This document shows, in pieces, positions 55,445 to 64,000 of a stretch of DNA of 64,000 bases (its first letter is position 1; the number at the start of each line of letters is the position of its first letter). Both the position numbers and the translations under genes were made by a program. The notes under the pieces were generated by a model that was not told the origin of the DNA, did not search any database, and saw only the letters and a program-made list of their open reading frames with translations. Source of the DNA: Escherichia coli (lineage in GTDB: Bacteria; Pseudomonadota; Gammaproteobacteria; Enterobacterales; Enterobacteriaceae); the NCBI RefSeq assembly GCF_050920415.1, contig NZ_CP169309.1. One strand, written 5' to 3'.

Positions 55445-57998
55445 ACCGGTAGGCGATCTGGTCGTTGATTTAAGTCTGGATGCGGCCAGATTTGACGAGC
55501 AGATGGCCAGAGTCAGGCGTCATTTTTCCGGTACGGAAAGTGATGCGAAAAAAACAGCGGCAGTCGTTGAACAGTCGCTGAGCCGACAGGCGCTGGCTGC
55601 ACAGAAAGCGGGGATTTCCGTCGGGCAGTATAAAGCCGCCATGCGTATGCTGCCTGCACAGTTCACCGACGTGGCCACGCAGCTTGCAGGCGGGCAAAGT
55701 CCGTGGCTGATCCTGCTGCAACAGGGGGGGCAGGTGAAGGACTCCTTCGGCGGGATGATCCCCATGTTCAGGGGGCTTGCCGGTGCGATCACCCTGCCGA
55801 TGGTGGGGGCCACCTCGCTGGCGGTGGCGACCGGTGCGCTGGCGTATGCCTGGTATCAGGGCAACTCAACCCTGTCCGATTTCAACAAAACGCTGGTCCT
55901 TTCCGGCAATCAGTCGGGTCTGACGGCAGATCGCATGCTGGTCCTGTCCAGAGCCGGGCAGGCGGCAGGGCTGACGTTTAACCAGACCAGCGAGTCACTC
56001 AGCGCACTGGTTAAGGCGGGGGTAAGCGGTGAGGCTCAGATTGCGTCCATCAGCCAGAGTGTGGCGCGTTTCTCCTCTGCATCCGGCGTGGAGGTGGACA
56101 AGGTCGCTGAAGCCTTCGGGAAGCTGACCACAGACCCGACGTCGGGGCTGACGGCGATGGCACGCCAGTTCCATAACGTGACGGCGGAGCAGATTGCGTA
56201 TGTTGCTCAGTTGCAGCGTTCCGGCGATGAAGCCGGGGCATTGCAGGCGGCGAACGAGGCCGCAACGAAAGGGTTTGATGACCAGACCCGCCGCCTGAAA
56301 GAGAACATGGGCACGCTGGAGACCTGGGCAGACAGGACTGCGCGGGCCTTCAAATCCATGTGGGATGCGGTGCTGGATATTGGTCGTCCTGATACCGCGC
56401 AGGAGATGCTGATTAAGGCAGAGGCTGCGTTTAAGAAAGCAGACGACATCTGGAATCTGCGCAAGGATGATTATTTTGTTAACGATGAAGCGCGGGCGCG
56501 TTACTGGGATGATCGTGAAAAGGCCCGTCTTGCGCTTGAAGCCGCCCGAAAGAAGGCTGAGCAGCAGACTCAACAGGACAAAAATGCGCAGCAGCAGAGC
56601 GATACCGAAGCGTCACGGCTGAAATATACCGAAGAGGCGCAGAAGGCTTACGAACGGCTGCAGACGCCGCTGGAGAAATATACCGCCCGTCAGGAAGAAC
56701 TGAACAAGGCACTGAAAGACGGGAAAATCCTGCAGGCGGATTACAACACGCTGATGGCGGCGGCGAAAAAGGATTATGAAGCGACGCTGAAAAAGCCGAA
56801 ACAGTCCGGCGTGAAGGTGTCTGCGGGCGATCGTCAGGAAGACAGTGCTCATGCTGCCCTGCTGACGCTTCAGGCAGAACTCCGGACGCTGGAGAAGCAT
56901 GCCGGAGCGAATGAGAAAATCAGCCAGCAGCGCCGGGATTTGTGGAAGGCAGAAAGTCAGTTCGCGGTACTGGAGGAGGCGGCACAACGTCGCCAGCTGT
57001 CCGCACAGGAGAAATCCCTGCTGGCGCATAAAGATGAGACGCTGGAGTACAAACGCCAGCTGGCTGCACTTGGCGACAAGGTTACGTATCAGGAGCGCCT
57101 GAACGCGCTGGCGCAGCAGGCGGATAAATTCGCACAGCAGCAACGGGCAAAACGGGCCGCCATTGATGCGAAAAGCCGGGGGCTGACTGACCGGCAGGCA
57201 GAACGGGAAGCCACGGAACAGCGCCTGAAGGAACAGTATGGCGATAATCCGCTGGCGCTGAATAACGTCATGTCAGAGCAGAAAAAGACCTGGGCGGCTG
57301 AAGACCAGCTTCGCGGGAGCTGGATGGCAGGCCTGAAGTCCGGCTGGAGTGAGTGGGAAGAGAGCGCCATGGACAGTATGTCGCAGGTAAAAAGTGCAGC
57401 CACGCAGACCTTTGATGGTATTGCACAGAATATGGCGGCGATGCTGACCGGCAGTGAGCAGAACTGGCGCAGCTTCACCCGTTCCGTGCTGTCCATGATG
57501 ACAGAAATTCTGCTTAAGCAGGCAATGGTGGGGATTGTCGGGAGTATCGGCAGCGCCATTGGCGGGGCTGTTGGTGGCGGCGCATCCGCGTCAGGCGGTA
57601 CAGCCATTCAGGCCGCTGCGGCGAAATTCCATTTTGCAACCGGAGGATTTACGGGAACCGGCGGCAAATATGAGCCAGCGGGGATTGTTCACCGTGGTGA
57701 GTTTGTCTTCACGAAGGAGGCAACCAGCCGGATTGGCGTGGGGAATCTCTACCGGCTGATGCGCGGCTATGCCACCGGTGGTTATGTCGGTACACCGGGC
57801 AGTCTGGCTGACAGCCGGTCGCAGGCGTCCGGGACGTTTGAGCAGAATAACCATGTGGTGATTAACAACGAAGGCACGAACGGGCAGATAGGGCCACAGG
57901 CGCTGAAGGCGGTTTATGACGTAGCCCGTAAGGCGGCAATGGATGTTGTGACCGGGCAGATGCGCGATGGTGGTCTGTTCTCCGGAGGTGGACGATGA
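55437..57998 (+). CDS. H: tail tape measure protein H
   Basis: 853 aa, lambda H-like. Confidence 0.95.
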   Translation: MAEPVGDLVVDLSLDAARFDEQMARVRRHFSGTESDAKKTAAVVEQSLSRQALAAQKAGISVGQYKAAMRMLPAQFTDVATQLAGGQSPWLILLQQGGQVKDSFGGMIPMFRGLAGAITLPMVGATSLAVATGALAYAWYQGNSTLSDFNKTLVLSGNQSGLTADRMLVLSRAGQAAGLTFNQTSESLSALVKAGVSGEAQIASISQSVARFSSASGVEVDKVAEAFGKLTTDPTSGLTAMARQFHNVTAEQIAYVAQLQRSGDEAGALQAANEAATKGFDDQTRRLKENMGTLETWADRTARAFKSMWDAVLDIGRPDTAQEMLIKAEAAFKKADDIWNLRKDDYFVNDEARARYWDDREKARLALEAARKKAEQQTQQDKNAQQQSDTEASRLKYTEEAQKAYERLQTPLEKYTARQEELNKALKDGKILQADYNTLMAAAKKDYEATLKKPKQSGVKVSAGDRQEDSAHAALLTLQAELRTLEKHAGANEKISQQRRDLWKAESQFAVLEEAAQRRQLSAQEKSLLAHKDETLEYKRQLAALGDKVTYQERLNALAQQADKFAQQQRAKRAAIDAKSRGLTDRQAEREATEQRLKEQYGDNPLALNNVMSEQKKTWAAEDQLRGSWMAGLKSGWSEWEESAMDSMSQVKSAATQTFDGIAQNMAAMLTGSEQNWRSFTRSVLSMMTEILLKQAMVGIVGSIGSAIGGAVGGGASASGGTAIQAAAAKFHFATGGFTGTGGKYEPAGIVHRGEFVFTKEATSRIGVGNLYRLMRGYATGGYVGTPGSLADSRSQASGTFEQNNHVVINNEGTNGQIGPQALKAVYDVARKAAMDVVTGQMRDGGLFSGGGR

Positions 57999-58324
57999 AA
58001 ACCTTCCGCTGGAAAGTGAAACCCGGTATGGATGTGGCTTCGGCCCCTTCCGTCAGGAAGGTGCGCTTTGGTGATGGCTATTCCCAGCGTGCGCCTGCCG
58101 GGCTGAATGCCGACCTGAAAACGTACAGTGTGACGCTTTCCGTGACCCGGGAGGAGGCCCGGCATCTGGAGTCGTTTCTGGCAGAGCACGGGGGCTGGAA
58201 GGCCTTTCTGTGGACGCCGCCTTATGGTTACAGGCAGATAAAGGTGACCTGCGCAAAATGGTCGTCGCAGGTCAGTATGTTGCGTGTTGAGTTCAGCGCA
58301 GAGTTTAAACAGGTGGTGAACTGA
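57995..58324 (+). CDS. M: tail tip protein M
   Basis: 109 aa. Confidence 0.9.
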   Translation: MKTFRWKVKPGMDVASAPSVRKVRFGDGYSQRAPAGLNADLKTYSVTLSVTREEARHLESFLAEHGGWKAFLWTPPYGYRQIKVTCAKWSSQVSMLRVEFSAEFKQVVN

Positions 58325-59022
58325 TGCAGGATATCCGGCAGGAAACACTGAATGAATGCACCCGTGCGGAGCAGTCGGCCAGCGTGGTGCTCTGGGAAAT
58401 CGATCTGACAGAGGTCGGTGGAGAACGTTATTTTTTCTGTAATGAGCAGAACGAAAAAGGTGAGCCGGTCACCTGGCAGGGGCGACAGTATCAGCCGTAT
58501 CCCATTCAGGGGACGGGATTTGAACTGAACGGCAAGGGCAGTGCTGCCCGTCCGACACTGACGGTCTCTAACCTGTACGGCATGGTCACCGGGATGGCGG
58601 AAGATCTGCAGAGTCTGGTTGGCGGAACGGTGGTCCGGCGTAAGGTTTACGCCCGTTTTCTGGATGCGGTGAACTTCGTCAACGGAAACAGAGACGCCGA
58701 TCCGGAGCAGGAGGTGATCAGCCGCTGGCGCATCGAGCAGTGCAGCGAACTGAGCGCGGTGAGTGCCTCCTTTGTACTGTCCACGCCGACGGAAACGGAT
58801 GGCGCTGTTTTTCCGGGACGTATCATGCTGGCCAACACCTGCACCTGGACCTATCGCGGTGACGAGTGCGGTTATAGCGGTCCGGCTGTCGCGGATGAAT
58901 ATGACCAGCCAACGTCCGATATCACGAAGGATAAATGCAGCAAATGCCTGAGCGGTTGTAAGTTCCGCAATAACGTCGGCAACTTTGGCGGCTTCCTTTC
59001 CATTAACAAACTTTCGCAGTAA
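58324..59022 (+). CDS. L: tail tip protein L
   Basis: 232 aa; C-terminal Cys cluster. Confidence 0.95.
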   Translation: MQDIRQETLNECTRAEQSASVVLWEIDLTEVGGERYFFCNEQNEKGEPVTWQGRQYQPYPIQGTGFELNGKGSAARPTLTVSNLYGMVTGMAEDLQSLVGGTVVRRKVYARFLDAVNFVNGNRDADPEQEVISRWRIEQCSELSAVSASFVLSTPTETDGAVFPGRIMLANTCTWTYRGDECGYSGPAVADEYDQPTSDITKDKCSKCLSGCKFRNNVGNFGGFLSINKLSQ

Positions 59023-59027
59023 ATCCC

Positions 59028-59771
59028 ATGACACAGACAGAATCAGCGATTCTGGCGCACGCCCGGCGATGTGCGCCAGCGGAGTCGTGCGGCTTCGTGG
59101 TAAGCACGCCGGAGGGGGAAAGATATTTCCCCTGCGTGAATATCTCCGGTGAGCCGGAGGCGTATTTCCGGATGTCGCCGGAAGACTGGCTGCAGGCAGA
59201 AATGCAGGGTGAGATTGTGGCGCTGGTCCACAGCCACCCCGGTGGTCTGCCCTGGCTGAGTGAGGCCGACCGGCGGCTGCAGGTGCAGAGTGATTTGCCG
59301 TGGTGGCTGGTCTGCCTGGGCGTGATTCACAAGTTCCGCTGTGTGCCGTATCTCACCGGGCGGCGCTTTGAGCACGGAGTGACGGACTGTTACACGCTGT
59401 TCCGGGACGCTTACCATCTGGCGGGAATTGAGATGCCGGATTTTCACCGCGAGGATGACTGGTGGCGTCACGGTCAGAATCTCTATCTTGACAATATGGA
59501 GGCAACGGGTTTTTACCGTGTCGCACTGACAGAGGCGCAGCCGGGCGATGTGCTGCTGTGCAGCTTTGGTTCATCGGTGCCGAATCATGCTGCCATTTAC
59601 TGCGGCGACGGCGAGCTGCTGCACCATATTCCTGAACAACTGAGCAAACGAGAGAGGTATACCGACAAATGGCAGCGACGCACACACTCCCTCTGGCGTC
59701 ACCGGGCATGGCACGCATCTGCCTTTACGGGGATTTGCAACGATTTGGCCGCCGCATCGACCTTCGTGTGA
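59028..59771 (+). CDS. K: tail tip assembly protein K (MPN/JAMM plus NlpC/P60 domains)
   Basis: ORF 59028..59771; JAMM motif HSHPGGLPWLSEAD; lambda K is conventionally annotated from the internal ATG (here 59172, 199 aa). Confidence 0.85.
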   Translation: MTQTESAILAHARRCAPAESCGFVVSTPEGERYFPCVNISGEPEAYFRMSPEDWLQAEMQGEIVALVHSHPGGLPWLSEADRRLQVQSDLPWWLVCLGVIHKFRCVPYLTGRRFEHGVTDCYTLFRDAYHLAGIEMPDFHREDDWWRHGQNLYLDNMEATGFYRVALTEAQPGDVLLCSFGSSVPNHAAIYCGDGELLHHIPEQLSKRERYTDKWQRRTHSLWRHRAWHASAFTGICNDLAAASTFV

Positions 59772-60310
59772 AAACGGGGGCTGAAGCCATCCGGGCGCTG
59801 GCCACACAGCTCCCGGCGTTTCGTCAGAAACTGAATGAGGGCTGGTATCAGATACGGATTGCCGGGCGTGATGCAGGTGAAACCGAATTATCAGCCCGTC
59901 TGAATGAGCCGCTGGAAAATGGTGCCGTGATCCACATCGTGCCGCGTCTGGCGGGTGCTAAAAGTGGCGGTATTTTTCAGGCAGTGCTGGGGGCGGCTGT
60001 TATGGCAGTTGCTATATGGATGCCAGGAGTAGGAATTATGGCGAGTAATCTGCTGTTTTCTCTCGGTGCCAGTATGACGCTTGGCGGTGTTGCACAGATG
60101 CTGGCCCCTAAACCCAAAACCCCCCGCACACAGACAACGGATAACGGCAAACAGAACACCTATTTTTCTTCACTGGATAACATGGTTGCCCAGGGCAATG
60201 TCCTGCCCGTTCTGTACGGTGAAATGCGTGTGGGGTCGCGCGTGGTTTCTCAGGAGATCAGCACGGCAGACGAAGGGGACGGTGGTCAGGTTGTGGTGAT
60301 TGGTCGCTGA
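59669..60310 (+). CDS. I: tail tip assembly protein I
   Basis: 213 aa; N-terminus MAATHTLPLASPGMARICLYGDLQRFGRRIDLRV...; overlaps K 3' end. Confidence 0.9.
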   Translation: MAATHTLPLASPGMARICLYGDLQRFGRRIDLRVKTGAEAIRALATQLPAFRQKLNEGWYQIRIAGRDAGETELSARLNEPLENGAVIHIVPRLAGAKSGGIFQAVLGAAVMAVAIWMPGVGIMASNLLFSLGASMTLGGVAQMLAPKPKTPRTQTTDNGKQNTYFSSLDNMVAQGNVLPVLYGEMRVGSRVVSQEISTADEGDGGQVVVIGR

Positions 60311-60370
60311 TGCAAAATGTTTTATGTGAAACCGCCTGCGGGCGGTTTTATCGTTTATGGAGCGTGAGGA

Positions 60371-63300
60371 ATGGGTAAAGGCAGCAGTAAGGGGCATACC
60401 CCGCGCGAAGCGAAGGACAACCTGAAGTCCACGCAGCTGCTGAGTGTGATCGATGCCATCAGCGAAGGGCCGGTTGAAGGTCCGGTGGATGGATTAAAAA
60501 GCGTGCTGCTGAACAGTACACCTGTGCTGGACAGTGAGGGGAATACCAATATCTCCGGCGTCACGGTGGTGTTCCGGCCGGTGAGCAGGAGCAGACACCG
60601 CCGGAGGGGTTTGAATCCTCCGGCTCCGAGACGGTGCTGGGTACGGAAGTGAAATACGACACGCCGATCACCCGCACCATTACGTCTGCAAACATCGACC
60701 GTCTGCGCTTTACCTTCGGTGTACAGGCACTGGTGGAAACCACCTCAAAGGGTGACAGGAATCCGTCGGAAGTCCGCCTGCTGGTTCAGATACAACGTAA
60801 CGGTGGCTGGGTGACGGAAAAGGACATCACCATTAAGGGTAAAACCACTTCACAGTATCTGGCCTCGGTGGTGGTGGATAACCTGCCGCCGCGCCCGTTC
60901 AGTATCCGGATGCGCAGGATGACGCCGGACAGCACCACAGACCAGCTGCAGAACAAAACGCTCTGGTCGTCATACACTGAAATCATCGATGTGAAACAGT
61001 GCTACCCGAACACGGCACTGGTTGGCGTACAGGTGGACTCGGAACAGTTCGGCAGTCAGCAGGTGAGCCGTAATTATCATCTGCGCGGGCGCATTCTGCA
61101 GGTGCCGTCGAACTATAACCCGCAGACGCGGCAATACAGCGGTATCTGGGACGGAACGTTTAAACCGGCATACAGCAACAACATGGCCTGGTGTCTGTGG
61201 GATATGCTGACCCATCCGCGCTACGGCATGGGGAAACGTCTTGGTGCGGCGGATGTGGATAAATGGGCGCTGTATGTCATCGGCCAGTACTGCGACCAGT
61301 CAGTGCCGGACGGCTTTGGTGGCACGGAGCCGCGCATCACCTGTAATGCGTACCTGACCACACAGCGCAAGGCGTGGGATGTGCTCAGTGATTTCTGCTC
61401 GGCGATGCGCTGTATGCCGGTATGGAACGGGCAGACGCTGACGTTCGTGCAGGACCGACCGTCGGATAAGGTGTGGACCTATAACCGCAGTAATGTGGTG
61501 ATGCCGGATGATGGCGCGCCGTTCCGCTACAGCTTCAGCGCCCTGAAGGACCGCCATAATGCCGTTGAGGTGAACTGGATTGACCCGGACAACGGCTGGG
61601 AGACGGCGACAGAGCTTGTTGAAGATACGCAGGCCATTGCCCGTTACGGTCGTAATGTCACGAAGATGGATGCCTTTGGCTGTACCAGCCGGGGGCAGGC
61701 ACACCGCGCCGGGCTGTGGCTGATTAAAACGGAACTGCTGGAGACGCAGACCGTGGATTTCAGCGTGGGTGCTGAAGGGCTTCGCCATGTACCGGGCGAT
61801 GTCATTGAAATCTGCGATGATGACTATGCCGGTATCAGCACCGGTGGTCGCGTGCTGGCGGTGAACAGCCAGACCCGGACGCTGACGCTCGACCGTGAAA
61901 TCACGCTGCCATCCTCCGGTACCACGCTGATAAGCCTGGTTGACGGAAGTGGCAATCCGGTCAGCGTGGAGGTTCAGTCCGTCACCGACGGCGTGAAGGT
62001 AAAAGTGAGCCGTGTTCCTGACGGTGTTGCTGAATACAGCGTATGGGGGCTGAAGCTGCCGACGCTGCGCCAGCGACTGTTCCGCTGCGTGAGTATCCGT
62101 GAGAACGACGACGGCACGTATGCCATCACCGCCGTGCAGCATGTGCCGGAAAAAGAGGCCATCGTGGATAACGGGGCGCACTTTGACGGCGAACAGAGTG
62201 GCACGGTGAATGGTGTCACGCCGCCAGCGGTGCAGCACCTGACCGCAGAAGTCACTGCAGACAGCGGGGAATATCAGGTGCTGGCGCGCTGGGACACGCC
62301 GAAGGTGGTGAAGGGCGTGAGCTTCCTGCTTCGCCTGACCGTGGCAGCGGATGACGGCAGTGAGCGGCTGGTCAGCACGGCCCGGACGACGGAAACAACA
62401 TACCGCTTCAGGCAGCTGGCGCTGGGGCGGTACACGCTGACAGTCCGGGCGGTAAATGCGTGGGGGCAGCAGGGCGATCCGGCATCGGTATCGTTCCGGA
62501 TTGCCGCACCGGCAGCGCCGTCGCGGATTGAGCTGACGCCGGGCTATTTTCAGATAACCGCCACGCCGCATCTTGCGGTTTATGACCCGACGGTACAGTT
62601 TGAGTTCTGGTTCTCGGAAAAGCGGATTACCGATATCAGGCAGGTTGAAACCACAGCCCGCTATCTTGGTACGGCGCTGTACTGGATAGCCGCCAGTATC
62701 AATATCAAACCGGGCCATGATTATTACTTTTATATCCGCAGTGTGAACACCGTTGGCAAATCGGCATTCGTGGAGGCTGTTGGTCAGCCGAGTGATGATG
62801 CTTCCGGCTATCTGGATTTTTTCAAAGGAGTGATAGGGAAAACACACCTGGCTCAGGAGCTGTGGACGCAGATTGATAACGGTCAGCTTGCGCCTGACCT
62901 GGCTGAAATCAGGACGTCCATTACGGATGTCAGCAATGAAATCACACAGACCGTCAATAAGAAACTGGAAGACCAGAGTGCAGCGATCCAGCAGATACAG
63001 AAGGTTCAGGTTGATACAAATAATAACCTGAACAGCATGTGGGCTGTGAAGCTGCAGCAGATGCAGGACGGACGCCTTTATATCGCGGGTATCGGTGCCG
63101 GTATTGAGAACACCCCTGACGGCATGCAGAGTCAGGTGCTGCTGGCGGCGGACAGGATTGCGATGGTTAATCCTGCGAATGGCAACACAAAACCGATGTT
63201 TGTTGGTCAGGGCGATCAGATATTCATGAACGACGTGTTCCTGAAGCGCCTGACGGCCCCCACCATTACCAGCGGCGGCAATCCCCCGGCCTTTTCCCTG

Positions 63301-63849
63301 ACACCAGACGGAAAGCTGACCGCTAAAAATGCGGATATCAGTGGCAGTGTGAATGCGAACGCCGGGACGCTCAATAATGTCACGATTAATGAGAACTGTC
63401 AGATTCTGGGGAAACTGTCAGCTAATCAGATTGAAGGCGATATTGTTAAAACGGTGGGTAAGGCTTTCCCCCGTGACTCCCGGGCACCGGAGCGGTGGCC
63501 GTCAGGGACCATTACCGTCAGGGTTTATGACGATCAGCCTTTTGACCGGCAAATTGTCATTCCGGCGGTGGCATTCAGCGGTGCCAGACATGAGAGAGAG
63601 CATAATGACATTTATTCATCATGCCGTCTGATAGTGCGGAAAAACGGTGCTGAAATTTATAACCGTACCGCGCTGGATAATACGCTGATTTATACCGGTG
63701 TGATTGATATGCCAGCGGGTCGCGGTCACATGACGCTGGAGTTTTCGGTATCAGCGTGGCTGGTGAATGACTGGTATCCCACGGCAAGCATCAGCGATTT
63801 GCTGGTTGTGGTGATGAAGAAATCCACAGCCGGTATCAGTATCAGCTGA
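60371..63849 (+). CDS. J: tail tip/host-specificity protein J, with apparent 1-bp deletion frameshift near codon 70 and a divergent C-terminal receptor-binding region
   Basis: ORF 60371..60652 matches lambda J to ...VTVVFR then goes out of frame; ORF 60634..63849 matches the remainder; restoring one G in the GG run near 60574-60580 gives ...[28 protein letters not shown]; last 200-250 aa differ from lambda J. Confidence 0.85.
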
Positions 63850-63907
63850 ATGTTCAGAAACCAGACCGGGTGCCAGAAATGGCACCTTTTTTATTTGTGG
63901 AACGAAT

Positions 63908-64000
63908 ATGGCAGTAAAGATTTCAGGCGTGCTGAAAGACGGTGCAGGTAAACCGGTACAGAACTGCACCATTCAGCTGAAAGCAAAACGTAACAGTACC
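63908..64000 (+). CDS. stf: side tail fibre protein Stf, 5'-partial (continues beyond window)
   Basis: MAVKISGVLKDGAGKPVQNCTIQLKAKRNST matches the lambda Stf N-terminus; no lom gene between J and stf. Confidence 0.6.
   Translation, partial: MAVKISGVLKDGAGKPVQNCTIQLKAKRNST

Overview
The window is an Escherichia coli chromosomal segment in reverse orientation to the K-12 map. From 1 to about 16.4 kb it carries host genes ynfL(partial)-mlc-ynfK-clcB-dmsD-ynfH-ynfG-ynfF-ynfE-ynfD-ynfC-speG-ynfB-ynfA-rspA-rspB. From about 16.53 kb to beyond the window end it carries a lambdoid prophage inserted into an MFS transporter gene (ydfJ-like, the Qin locus). Prophage order: int/xis, a large DEDDh exonuclease, ydfD-dicB-dicF, CI/Cro immunity region, an IS629-like element inside a replication gene, a low-GC accessory island with two uncharacterised two-gene cassettes, hok, ydfU, rusA, a Q-like antiterminator with pR'/tR', morons (membrane protein, beta-class DNA methyltransferase, TerB-like), a lysis cassette with a GH108 endolysin, IS2 and an IS21-family element, bor, cos, and an essentially lambda-type head and tail set (nu1 to J, stf partial). 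The best candidates for an undescribed system are the two cassettes in the accessory island (27.3-28.2 kb and 28.7-30.1 kb); neither can be assigned to a named system from sequence alone. Several genes carry apparent indels (ynfG, ynfE, istA, G, J), so either the prophage and neighbouring host genes are decaying or the sequence has indel errors. All identifications are from reading the sequence and recalled protein families; no database search was run. CDS starts refined by counting residues from the ORF track are reliable; coordinates of RNA, IS ends, cos, terminators and operators come from nucleotide counting and may be off by 1-2 bp.
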